Shown: piece by piece, positions 13,733-25,685 of the stretch
Layout: each line of letters begins with the position of its first letter
Position numbering within the stretch: the stretch's first letter is position 1
Assembly: GCF_009914755.1 (NCBI RefSeq)
Contig: NC_060942.1
Length of the DNA stretch: 64,000 bases
DNA from: the human T2T-CHM13v2.0 reference genome, Homo sapiens
Strand: one strand, 5' to 3'
Made by a program: the position numbers and the translations under genes
The notes under the pieces: model-generated
Databases searched by the model: none
The model's input: the letters and a program-made list of their open reading frames with translations, nothing else
What the model was told of the DNA's origin: nothing

Positions 13733-14534
13733 GAGATACTTGGCCTAAAAACGAGTACTGCCTAAAGGTATTCAGCAAGGTTAGCCTTACTGTGCAATAA
13801 CTTGCAAATAACTTTATTACATTTCATCCAGTTTGAAAATTCTATGATTATATTTTTGTATGCCTTTCTCCTTTATAATTGAGCATCTATTGCAAATCTC
13901 TTATTATTTCCTAGGGTATATTACTTTCCCTGTGTATGTTCTAAGGAAACTACATTTTAAAGACAAAATAATCTGAGCAGTTGAGTGCCATACAAGGCTG
14001 GTAGGCAGGTACTAGTTTGGGGAGTTCTGCAACTCAGGCCTCTGGACAGGGGGTTACATACACCAAGAGCTAAGGATACCTACAGGGTGCTGACTTGATC
14101 CATTAACAGATCAGCAGTCTACAAACTAAATATCCCAAAAATCAGAACCTGTTGTCTTTCAATCCATTGTGGAAATAAGGGCCTTTATATGGACTCCAAG
14201 AGTATTCTGGTCCAGTGAGGCAATAATTCTCATCCTATCAGAGAATGTGTATTGCCCCAGTAGGACATGGAATGCCTGGGAATGTTCATCAGTATCCAAG
14301 TTTTCTGCATAGTAGATAATGTATTAACTATATCATTTACTCTGGTACCTAATAGTAAACAACATACATTTAGGTACATTTTTTAACTACTAGAGCATAT
14401 CTGTGTGCTCTAGAAAAAATGGTGAGGCTTTGCAAGCATTTTAAGTAGACAAGGGCAGGGTAGAAGTAAAATATCACACTTTAGTCAAAAATTCATGTGG
14501 CATTTTCTTATTTGAATGTTTATAGATTCTTGTT

Positions 14535-14778
14535 GGAGGAAAGGGAGAGATGGAGACATGAAGGAAAGAAGAGAAAGGTAGGAGGGAGAGAAGGAAGGAA
14601 GGGAAAAAGGGGGAAGAAAGGGAGAAAAGGAAGGAAAAGGGAGAGGGAGGGGAAAAGAAGGAAGGAAGGAAAGGGAGGGGGGAGGAAAAGAGAGAGAAAG
14701 AGAGAAAGAAAAAAGAGAAAGAGAAAGCGTAGGGGATGGAAGAGGGGAAGGAAAGTGAAGAAAAGGGGAGGGGAAAAA
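14535..14778. repeat. GA-rich polypurine tract (~245 bp)
   Basis: Almost only G and A on the + strand. Confidence 0.92.
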
Positions 14779-15117
14779 TAAACCTAATAATGTGTGTGCA
14801 TATGGGTGTGTGGCATGTGAGCAGTTGAAAATCTAAGGTTGGAATCAGAATCTAAAATGGAAATTTCAGTCATAATACTTAACTGGGTTGCTAACAACAG
14901 CTTGACCATCAGCCTTCAAACAATAAAGAGAATAATTTTTTGTTAAGAAGTTGACTCTGCCGAATGTAATGTGAAGAGAGTTAGAGATGGGTCATAGAGC
15001 AAACACACAGACATAGGGGAATCACGTTTCACGATAGAAATTAGTTTAGGGTGGTTAGAAATACTTCTAGTATTGCATTTTTTTTAAAAAAAAGCTAGAG
15101 ATGCCCAGAATGTTTTC

Positions 15118-15340
15118 TTAATAATAACTAACATTTGCAGAGCCCCTTATAATTGACAAGGCTTTTACAGCAATTACCAAAGTTAATTCCCACAGTAACC
15201 CTATGAGTTTAAATATTAGACTTCCTATTTTACAGCTGATGGAACTGCTACTCAGGAAGTTAAGGGGATTTTCTCAAAATCACTCAGGAGTCAGCCATAA
15301 AACTGGGACCCAAAGCCAAACCTTTTCACTATGAATTGTC
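15118..15340 (-). mobile_element. MIR
   Basis: ATAATAACTAACATTT...CTATTTTACAGCTGATGGAACTG...GAAGTTAAG core. Confidence 0.7.
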
Positions 15341-15635
15341 CTCTCAGCCTCTCTGCCTTCACATCCATTGAGGCTTCTGCAGTTACCTCTATATGACAAA
15401 GCTGTAACCACCTAGAGAACAGATATGCACTTCTCACAAGCCCATGGGCACCTAAAGCTACTTCTATAACCAACACAAAAATTTGGGCTTGGAGATCTAG
15501 AATTGCAATAAAATTGTTTAAAATACAGAACTAAAATATATATTTTTTTCTCAAATACAATTCTTTGAAGTATGCCTAACTTCTATAATAATAAAGCTTT
15601 GTCGTGATAAAGTTAAGAAATAAAACCATATGAGT

Positions 15636-15646
15636 TGCTGAGTCAT
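15636..15646 (-). promoter_or_regulatory. Perfect NFE2/NRF2 antioxidant-response-element motif
   Basis: TGCTGAGTCAT, reverse complement ATGACTCAGCA. Confidence 0.4.
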
Positions 15647-16337
15647 CAACAGTGACCCTGCTTGCGGACGTTCATTTCTGAGAGACATAAGAGCTAACGA
15701 CAAGCTTATGAGTTAACGCAGGTGGCCAACTATAGTGGTTACAACATCTCTGGGTCCACCTCTGCTTTCATAGGAACGTGCAATATGTTGAGAAACACAC
15801 CTGCACATGTGGAAAGAAGGGAGAAGGAGAGACGTTAAAGGCAGGGGACTCAGGAATGTGTGTGCCCTGGCTAGGGATCAGAGTAAGCCTCGTTAGTTAA
15901 ACTGAAGAGCCCGCCTTACAGAGCAGTGGAGTGAGAACCTAGAGAAAGAAAGAGACTGAAATGGCAGACTGAGAAGCTGGGTTTTATACTGAGAAGAGTG
16001 GGGTGTCATGATGGATGACAGAGTAGAAACAGGGCAGAGTGAGTGTACTTAGGGAAGACAAATCTAGTAGGAGCATGGAGAATCAATCAGATAGAAAAAG
16101 TTAGGGGTTTGGGAGACCTGTTGCAAAGATATGGTAGTATTATGGAATGAGGTAGCATGAACATAGAAATACCAGTAAAAAGAAATTATTATTATTTCTA
16201 CTATCATTATTAATAAGGAACATTGTCAGAACTGGCTTTGAATCATTTTGAGATGTATGATCAAAAATGGATTTTGAGGAATGCTGGTGCCTCTGGAAAT
16301 TAACAGGCATTTAAAAAAAAAAAACAAAAACAACTGT

Positions 16338-16702
<365 letters not shown>

Positions 16703-17593
16703 TTAAAAATTTACAGCAGGATTTATGAGACTTTATTATGTAAAATATACATTTTTAATTTCTGAAAGGATGATAGAGAATGCTGCATTTTCTGAACATT
16801 TTAAAGTAACTAGAATCACCCCTTCCTTTTTCTTTTTTTTTTTAACAAGTAAAGAATCTTTTAGAATTTGTAGAAATGTCTTAAAGATTATTCTTGACTG
16901 GGAAATCAGAAACCTAGGTTTCAAGTTAGTTAGAATCTAATGTGTAACCTTGGACTGCTGTGGACCTTGATTTCTTCATTCATCTTGCTAACCTATTTTT
17001 CGAGATTAAGAAGATAAAAAGAGACTGCAGGGAAAGAATCGAGACAGCTATTTATTCAACAGCAAGTATAGCTGATGGACATGCTCTCTTATTGAGGCAA
17101 TAATTAATTGGTCACAACCATGCCCAGTGCTCCTGATTCCACTTGATATAGTCCTCTAATATCTCAGGAAATTATCTACTGGAAACAAGGTCAAGCTTTA
17201 GAATTTTCCTCTAGTTTTACAACTTTATGCATACCATGTGATTATGTCAGTATGAATGCCCACAAATGGGATGGAGAAAGCCCGATAGCATCAGAAGTGT
17301 TCCTTCTCACCAATGCATGTCTTACCTCCTCAAATATCCATGTAGGCAACCCCTACTGTTGTCTCCAGATCATGGTCGCTCGAGCCCAGGGAAGGATGCT
17401 AGGCTTTTATGCCAAGATCTAGGGTCTGCAAGACAGAAACATCCAGGATAGAATGAGTATTTCATACCCATAGATTGAAGTTGGTATCACTTTCTGCACC
17501 TGATATTCTCCAACACTGTGTACAGATTGAAATGGAACTTTACTGAAAGAGATAACCCTCCAAAAGCAGTACTCCTTTAAATAAAACAAAGGT

Positions 17594-17872
17594 GGCCTGG
17601 CATGCTGGCTCATTCCTATAATCCCAGCACTTTGGGAGGACTGCCTGAAGCCAAGGGTTTGAGAGCAGCCTGGACAGCATAGTGAGACCCTGCCTCTATG
17701 AATATTTAAAACTTAGATGGGCATGGGGGTGTGCACCTGTAGTTCCAGCTATTCAGTAGGCTGAGGCAGGAGGATTGCTTGAACCCAGGAGTTCGAGGCT
17801 GCAGTGAGCGATGATTGCTCCACTGCACTCTAACCTAGGCAAGAGCGTAATGCTGTTTTGAAAGAAAGTAAA
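17594..17872 (+). mobile_element. AluJ with short left-arm deletion
   Basis: GGAGGATTGCTTGAACCCAGGAGTTCGAGGCTGCAGTGAGC; the segment between the two GGGAGG copies of the left arm is missing. Confidence 0.9.
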
Positions 17873-17974
17873 GCTGAGTATTGTCATATGCCTACTGTGT
17901 GCCAGGCACTGCCACAGGCATTTTGAATGTCATCTAAGTACAGCATCATGGACCACAAGATTGGTATTGGCCTC

Positions 17975-18180
17975 AGCTTGCCCTTGGTTTTGAGTTTTTG
18001 CTCTGCCATCTGCTAGTGTAACTTTAACCAAACCATTCAAATTTCTGAGCCTGGTTTTCTCATCTGTAATATGGTACCAATGTATAGGGTTGTATTGAGC
18101 ATAACGTGATATAGAATATGGAATGTGTTGTTGTGCATTCTGTGATTCATTCATGTTAGGCTTTATTAACACTACTACTA
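17975..18180 (+). mobile_element. MIR
   Basis: GCTCTGCCATCTGCTAGTGTAACTTT...TTTCTCATCTGTAATATGG. Confidence 0.7.
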
Positions 18181-18809
18181 TTTTTTTCTCAGTACAACTT
18201 CAAATATTCTCTAACACAAATGAAAGAAACAAAGACTGAGGCCCAGAATGACAAAAATCTTAGGAAATTTGCTAAGTGAAATTTTATTACTAAAGGCAAC
18301 AGGCAATGTTTTCCTATTTTCCCCTTTTCCCGAGTTGTGATCTCTCTTTTCAGATAATGTTCTTACGGATCTGAAGCACCAGAGAAAATGTCTCTATTTT
18401 GCTTTGACTTTTCTAGAAGGAGCTATTGTGATTTCCATCCAGTTTTGGAGTGCCAGAGTTCACCTTTATCATGCAGCCAAAAAGTCAATTTCTTGACAGC
18501 ACAACCAACATATTTTCCCAGTGCCCAAAGTACAACTTGATGGAATGCTGTTTGCCTTTCTCCCCCTTTTAAATCCCACAGTCTCAGCCGGGGGCTCAGT
18601 TCTTAGCACATTATTCTTTAGCCTATAGGAAAACTAACCAATCTTAGACCAAACAGAAAACTGCACAAAATTTAAGGTGAAAAATAGAATGATCTGCAGT
18701 GTGCAAGGCAGGTATTTCAAATTCCACATTGTTTCAGATGACTTCTTTAACTTTTACGGAGAAGAAAAAAATTACAAATTAATTCAAATTAATTGTCATG
18801 TTGATCTCT

Positions 18810-18925
18810 CCACCATTCTACCCTCTTCTCTTCTTTCTTCTTACCTTCTTGCCTTCTCTTTCCTCCTTCTTACTCTCCTTCTCTTCTTTCTGCTCTCTCC
18901 CTCCTCTGCTTTTTTCTCCTTCTTT
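18810..18925. repeat. CT-rich low-complexity tract
   Basis: Pyrimidine-dominated CTT/CTC units. Confidence 0.8.
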
Positions 18926-19579
18926 ATAGCCATTGTAATCACTAGTGTTGACTTTTATTCAGCACTTACTCTTTGCCAGACACTGTGCTAAACACTCAAT
19001 GTACACTACATTCTTTAGTCTGTCAAAACACAATGTACAGAACAATACATTTTCTGTACAAAAAGAAAATTAAAAGGCTGATGCCCAAAGGCTACAAAAT
19101 CTCCAATGACAAAAACCATACCTGAGTGGGCTGAGTTAAGATGAGAGCCAACCATCTCAATAGAAAAGGCTTTTCCTACAACATAAATGGAACTTGTATT
19201 GTTACCTTAATGCTAATGTATTTTTAGGTAAATAGTGAATGGCTTCATTTAGGTATACATGTGGATTTGATATATCTACTTTAAAATTAGTTAATATTCT
19301 TTTAAATGACTCCCATTTTAATTGAATCATATATTGGAATTAATTCTTATATATTTTTCTGTGATAGGGTTATTTAATAATTATCCTGGGGTGAAGAGGG
19401 AAAAGTGGAATGCCATATTTATTCAACTTTTTATGTATATTTGTAGTCCAACATAGATCAAACTTTTGCATAGAAGGTATTTTCATTTCGTATAGTGCAC
19501 ATGTGAGTATATTTGTGCAAACATACCACAAACCATATTCCCTGGAGTTAATTTGCACATTGTAAGAAACTGTAGCAAG

Positions 19580-19820
19580 TCAATGTGGTATGAGGTATAA
19601 CTGTATTATGGTTTTGAAGCTTAGCAGAACTGGATTTTAATCCAAGCCCTGTAATTCCTTAGCTATGTGACCTTGGACAAGTTCCTTAACCTATACAAAG
19701 TCCATCAAATTTCCTTTGGTGAAAATGGGGCAATAGTAGGCACCTCTTGCAGCTGTTGTGAAGGTTACATGAGAAAGCACATGAAAAGGTCTGGCATACA
19801 GTACGCGCAAGAGAAGCTAA
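19580..19820 (+). mobile_element. MIR
   Basis: TAGCTATGTGACCTTGGACAAGTTCCTTAACCT...GAAAATGGGGCAATAGTAG. Confidence 0.8.
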
Positions 19821-20193
19821 TCCCCCTCCTCCAACGTGATCCTTATTTATTGTAATAATGGCCCCTAATCTTTAGCTACACCTATATTGATCCCTTATCT
19901 ATATAATCTAACGCACATGTGTATTATTATATTGTATGTGTGTGCACATGTGATACATGAGATACACTCACAACCGCATAGGTAATCATACTCCAAAGAA
20001 CACACACGTATGCCACCCCAGGTGTACCCTTCAATGTAGGGTCAAACTTAAAGACGTATAAAACACCCACATACACTCACTTTAGTCCGTTGGTACTGTA
20101 TTAGGACCTGGCCTATACAGAATTGTGAAAACTGATCCGATCCCTCTGTTGTGCCATGGTTAACAGTACCCACGTATGCCATAGATGTGTCCT

Positions 20194-20208
20194 GGCGCCA
20201 TCTAGTGG
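20194..20208 (-). promoter_or_regulatory. CTCF core motif
   Basis: GGCGCCATCTAGTGG, i.e. CCACTAGATGGCGCC on the minus strand; near-consensus core in unique DNA with its CpG intact. Confidence 0.7.
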
Positions 20209-20342
20209 GGGATCCAACTTTCTGCTCCATAGTGCCTCCTTAGGCTGGCTCCAGCCATTGCTCCAACTCACCATTTTGTAAGCTGCCTCCATCATCCTAA
20301 AAAACGACCATGCTGAAAGAGCTCCTCTGTATTTCTTGGCAG

Positions 20343-20474
20343 ACCCTTTCCAGTTTTCATCCTGGGTGTTTCTGAACAGGAACATATCTCATTGAAGTAT
20401 TTGCACCTCTACCTACAGACAAGGAAAAGGCTTGGAGCACCTCCATTCATTGTGCCAACAGGACCTGAATGACC
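20343..20474 (+). ncRNA. Candidate 132-nt internal non-coding exon
   Basis: Acceptor CTCCTCTGTATTTCTTGGCAG| (AG 20341-20342) and donor ACC|GTGAGT (20475-20480). Confidence 0.35.
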
Positions 20475-22067
20475 GTGAGTTGCCCTGCATCATTTATAAG
20501 TCCATGTCTTCAGGATCTAGAAGGAAAACTCTGTATGCTGTAATTATATGGCTTTCTGAATTCACTAAATTTAGGAATATTTTATATATTTTTTTCAGGA
20601 GAAAATATATTCTTTCTTTCAATGAGAATATTGACCCACAAAAAGACACCACCAGTCAATTGTTTCAAAGAGATGAGATGGTACTGGTCATCCTTTAGCT
20701 ATGAAGGAAGCCAAGCTGGTTATAGGGAATTGTTACTACTATACCTAGATTAACCCATGGTATTCAATTTTCATTTTTTTAACTAGTAGATTTTATATAC
20801 CAAAAGCATTAATAATAGTGGAGAAAATGCAGGCCATTATGGCTCTGTCTATATAGCTAATTAGTTTTGTAAGTTCTTTATCCCATTCAAAACGTTAAAG
20901 GTGACTGAGTAACATGGAAGAGGATGAGGTGAGGAGTAAATGTACTGGTTTAAATCTTATTGATTGGTTAATTAGTCCACATAACTAGTACATGCTATTA
21001 AAAACCAGTCAAATCCTTATCAATGTTCCAATGAAGTGACCAGTCAAATTAATGATCCTGTTCAGGCTGCTTATGTCACAGTAAGGCATATACAATTTGG
21101 GGGAAAGTATCAACCCATGATTCTCGCTTTCCCATCATCTGCCCCAGATCTCTGCCAGGGCCCAGGGACGTTTGGACTGACCACTTTTATTATTGTTTCA
21201 CAGTCGTCAGACCAATAATAGTGCTGAAGATGTTACCTATATGATCAATAGAAATGGCCGAGCTTTCTGCCTAAGCATTCCCCACCTGCCAGGATAAAAG
21301 GAAGGGTATAGGTAGGAAAAGGGTATGCAAGAGTGACAGAGATAGGTGAGATGAGGTTCATTGCTAGATAGATTTGGCCCAAACTTCTGCTGCTACGTTA
21401 ATAAGCCAAATCTTATTGAAGAAGATAGGAATTCAGACAAGAAATAAGTAGATTGTTTTACTCTTTGTGTGTATGTAAATGAGAATTGTATAAATTTACT
21501 CAACCCGACTCATATCATGAGAACTTAACTCATTTGAAAGGCTTGGGTTTGTTTTGGCAACAGTTGAATGCTCAAGTTTGCCTTCCTCCTCCTCTGTTTA
21601 AGGGGCAAGTGACGTGCATTCTGTGTATCTTGAGGGAAATCAGAATCTCGGTCTCTGGGTTGGGGAGATAGAGAGGGAGGAAAGGAAAGCCCTGTGCTTT
21701 CATTATGCTTGAAGTTGCTTATTTGCAAAGAGGTTCTTCATCAGATGAATGTATCTATTATTCCACAATGGCCTCTCAGTTCTGCTGCCTTTGTTGTAAT
21801 GTTACATTTTGTATCTAATATTTCTTGTTACTGCTTAGAAATCATTGTGACTACATTGGTCTTTATCGATAATTTTATGTAGCATAATCCATCACCATGT
21901 TAGATGTTGGGGCAGGGAAGAGGGTATTACTTTGTCTTTCACTTGGTACTCAGACAGCTCTCTCATATTGATTTCTTGGCTTGCATGTTTGTTAAATGAT
22001 GATTTGCACTTTTCCAGTATTATGTTTATCCAGATTATGTTTCAGATGTGTCTATAACATGTCATCA

Positions 22068-22385
22068 TTAACAACAAACATTTATTGAACACTTACGGTC
22101 TGTGGATCAGGCTCCAGACTAGGTACTGGGAATAATAAGAGAAAGGTAATGTGACCCCTACCCTGCAGGGTTTTATTATCTATCGGACCATGTCTTTAAA
22201 AAAAAAAAAAAAAAAAAGAAAAGAAATAAAAGAAAAAAAAGATACCTAATAGCTTATATCCAGTGAGTGCTACAGGCAGTAAGTACTCTTGGAGTTTAGA
22301 GAAGGGAGTGATTGGTGAGGACTGGATGGTCAGGGAAGGCTGTAGGAATGAGATGAAATTTGAAAGGCTTCTTAAAAGATGAGAA
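22068..22385 (-). mobile_element. L2 3' fragment interrupted by an A-rich tract
   Basis: AACAAACATTTATTGAACACTTAC...CTAGGTACTGGGAATA; A-tract at 22198-22240. Confidence 0.65.
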
Positions 22386-24476
22386 GACTCTCTTTATGGG
22401 TTACTGAATACAGTGAGTTTCTAAAAACCATTGTGCCAGGAAAAAAATGCCTGTATCTTTAAACTAAAATTGCCTTATACATTATTCATGAGTTTAAGAT
22501 TAAGAATCAATATTCACCTGCTTTCCACAGGGCTTTGTGCTGAGTTCTATTGTTAATAGCCTTACACGCCTGTCTTACACACCAAGGAAAAGTCAGCCCT
22601 GTTAAGTTTGTCATTTAGATTTCTGTGGCCTAGTCAACTTTTAAGATTGTCTTTTGCTTTGTCTAAAATTTGCCCTAGTTTTTCCCTTATTGAAAGCCCT
22701 AGTCAGAAAAAAAAAGAAATGGATGTTCAATGACTTCTTAAGGTTAAATGAATTTTAAGAAAATAGGAAAGGGAAAAAAAATCATGACTTCCTTGTGAAT
22801 GTTGCTTCATCACATCATAAGAAGTCAAGTCTGACTCTGGAGAGGATATTAGTCCCCCAAGGGAAATATCCATTTATGAGAAGTTCTAGGGGTTTTCTTC
22901 CATAGGAGAGAGATGCTCAAACATTTTTGAAGATTGAAAACTTCACTTATTACTTCTGTGGGACTTCACTGGTCTAGATAGATATTTGCCGCAGCTTATT
23001 GACAGAAAGCTTTGCAGGAAGACTGTCTGTGGTTACGATTATTAATATTCTAAGGACTAAGCCCTATGACTTTCCCAGTACCGGTTCTTTTTACAGAATT
23101 CTCTCTGTGATTTCTATAATGGTATTTTTTTTTGGTCTCTCTGTTTTGTAATTTATTTTGGCTTTGGTGGAATGAGAGGCAGGGAAGAAACGAAATCCAT
23201 GTTTTCTTCTTTTTGTTTCTTCATACAGTGTACATTTAGGGACACCTATTGAGTACATAACATGAAACATTCCACAGATCTCCAGGAAACTCTAGCCTGC
23301 TTGTTGTGTCAAACATGTAAAAAGGAGTGAACATTCACACACTCTTGAGTTAATGGGTCAGAAAATAAAAGAATAAACTTTTTTTCCCTATAACTTCTAT
23401 CCTCACTTCTACCAATAGTAGTGGGGTAGATTTAAGTATTCCAATCAAGGCCAATTCAATCTTCTTTATTTTAAAATAGTTTTTTAAGTGTGGTTTGGTC
23501 TAATTTGGGCAAATATTTAGTGAATTTCAAGTATAAATGCTCAATCAGGGCTATTTTCCCTTTCACAAGAAGCACCTCTGTGTCCCTTCCCAAGACGTCG
23601 ATGTGTGCAGGGAAAGCTATGTCTTCTGGGACAAGGGGGTGCCTGTGGCCTGTCCTCCCTGCTGGCCAACAGAGTGAGGCTGGTCTAGTCTGATTCCTGA
23701 ATACTTTGTGCTGGCATCTGCCTGCTATGGCTAATCTCATCTGTTTTCTGGGGGTGTTATGTTGGTGCTCACAGCTGAAGCCCATAGTCATTGAAATATA
23801 TCGGTGTTGGAGAGGCCGTGTATTTTTTATTCTTCTCATCTAACCCAGTGTTACAGAATCTCAGCACTCCTCTGTCCCCCACCCCACTTTCTGCGGTATA
23901 TGGGAACTCACAGTACCGCTGCATGCAATGCACACATCATGTGTACTCAGAGCTCTGAGAACCACCTATTTGAGACTTCCTGCCATCTTGGACATAGGGG
24001 GGCCGAGCAGCAGTCCTGGGTGTTCTGGAAGAACTCATTTTGTCTAGTCCGATGTTTCGGTCAACTTATTTCCCACCTTTGGCCAAGGCCCAAGAAGGTT
24101 AGGGCCTTTGATTCTCAGAGAATCAAACTATATTCTTATCCTGGGGACATCCACACAAAATCCTCCTCCTCCTTATCTGGAAAAGCACTCTCCTCTTCCT
24201 ATCTGGTGAGAACTTCCCTTCTTGTCTATTCTCCACACTCTAAGTTAGGGTAATAGTCTAACATTGAGTTGCCAGGCTTGGCTTCTCATCTGGAAAGAGG
24301 AGATTTTGGAATTTCAAAAAGCCCTTCTCTCTTGACCAAGCTTGACTTTCATAACCTTTATGTCTCTGTAGATTCAAAACCCAATTTTCCTCCTTTCCTT
24401 GCACTTCTATTTTAATAATCCTTATCATCCCCAAAGCAACAGATTTCTCTAACCAAATATGGAGAACACATTAAAC

Positions 24477-24661
24477 TATATAAATATAAATATTTATATA
24501 TGTTTTTATATATAAGCCAAGTTATATATCTATTATATATAATATACATATATTACATAGATATGTATTACATGTATATATACATCATCATATATACATA
24601 TGTATATATAATGTACATATATTACATATTCTATAATATGTAATATATATATGCCAAGTTA
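24477..24661. repeat. TA-rich low-complexity repeat with internal palindrome
   Basis: Degenerate (TA)n; GCCAAGTTA at 24516-24524 and 24653-24661. Confidence 0.85.
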
Positions 24662-25286
24662 CAACATCTACCAAAAAGAAGAACAAGTCTCCACATAGTT
24701 ATGAGTGTGATTATAGTAGCCACAGTGGGTTAGAACAGTGAGGAATGGCTTTCTTTTAGGCAGGGGGTCTTGATCTGGGCCTAAAAGAAGGAAGAAATAG
24801 CATAGGTGAGAAGAAGAGGGAAAGGGTTCTCAATCAGATTTCATATCTTCCTCCCCCACATCCCTAGAGATCTGTATTTATAACTCATGCACATTTAGCA
24901 CAGTCTTTGTTATCACCAAGTTACTCATAGACATGTTTTCTTGTAAGATTTATAAATTACCTGAGGATTGGGATAACAGCATTTTGTGTTTTATATTTCT
25001 GTCTGTAATATTTTCTGGCCCTGTGCTTACATATGGTTGGTCCTTCTATATATTCAAAAGTTAACATGCTTAAAAACTTAGGATGTTAAAATTATTTTTC
25101 TCTTAGCTTTCCATTTCAAAGCTGCTGTGTTGCTTTACCTCCTATATCACAGAAGAATATTTTCAAAAAGATATCCAGGGAGAGATTTGCCTTGAATGTT
25201 CTTCAAATACCAGTTATTCAGAGTCTCCTTTCTCTTCACCCTTCTGATCTGTGGGATTTCCATAAGGTGGTCACCTCCAGTTACTT

Positions 25287-25685
25287 GTTTTATTGTAGTA
25301 AAACATAAATAACATAAAATTTACCATTTTAACGATCTTTAAGTGTACAGTTCATGGGCATTAAGCACATTCACATTGTTGTACAGCCATTGCCCATCTA
25401 CGTCCAGAACTTCATCCCCCCGAAGTGAAACTCTTTAATCATTAGATAATAACTCCTCACCCCTTCCTTAGCCCATGGCAACCACCATTATTTATGTCTC
25501 TATAAATTTGATTCTAAGTACCTTATATAAGTAGAATCACAAAATATTTGTTCTTTTGTTCTAGCTTATTTGGCTTAGCAAAACATCTTTAAATTTCATC
25601 CATATTGTAGCATATATCAGAATTTACTTCCTTTTCAAGGCTGAATAATATTCTATTGTATGCATAGGCCACATTTTGTTTCTCT
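25287..25685 (-). mobile_element. L1MB-type 3' end
   Basis: AACATAAAATTTACCATTTTAAC...TAAGTGTACAGTTCA...AAGGCTGAATAATATTCTATTGTATG. Confidence 0.85.

Noticed and set aside
14497-14781. 94-aa K/R/E/G-rich ORF
   Set aside because: Translation of a polypurine tract; begins at a non-ATG codon.
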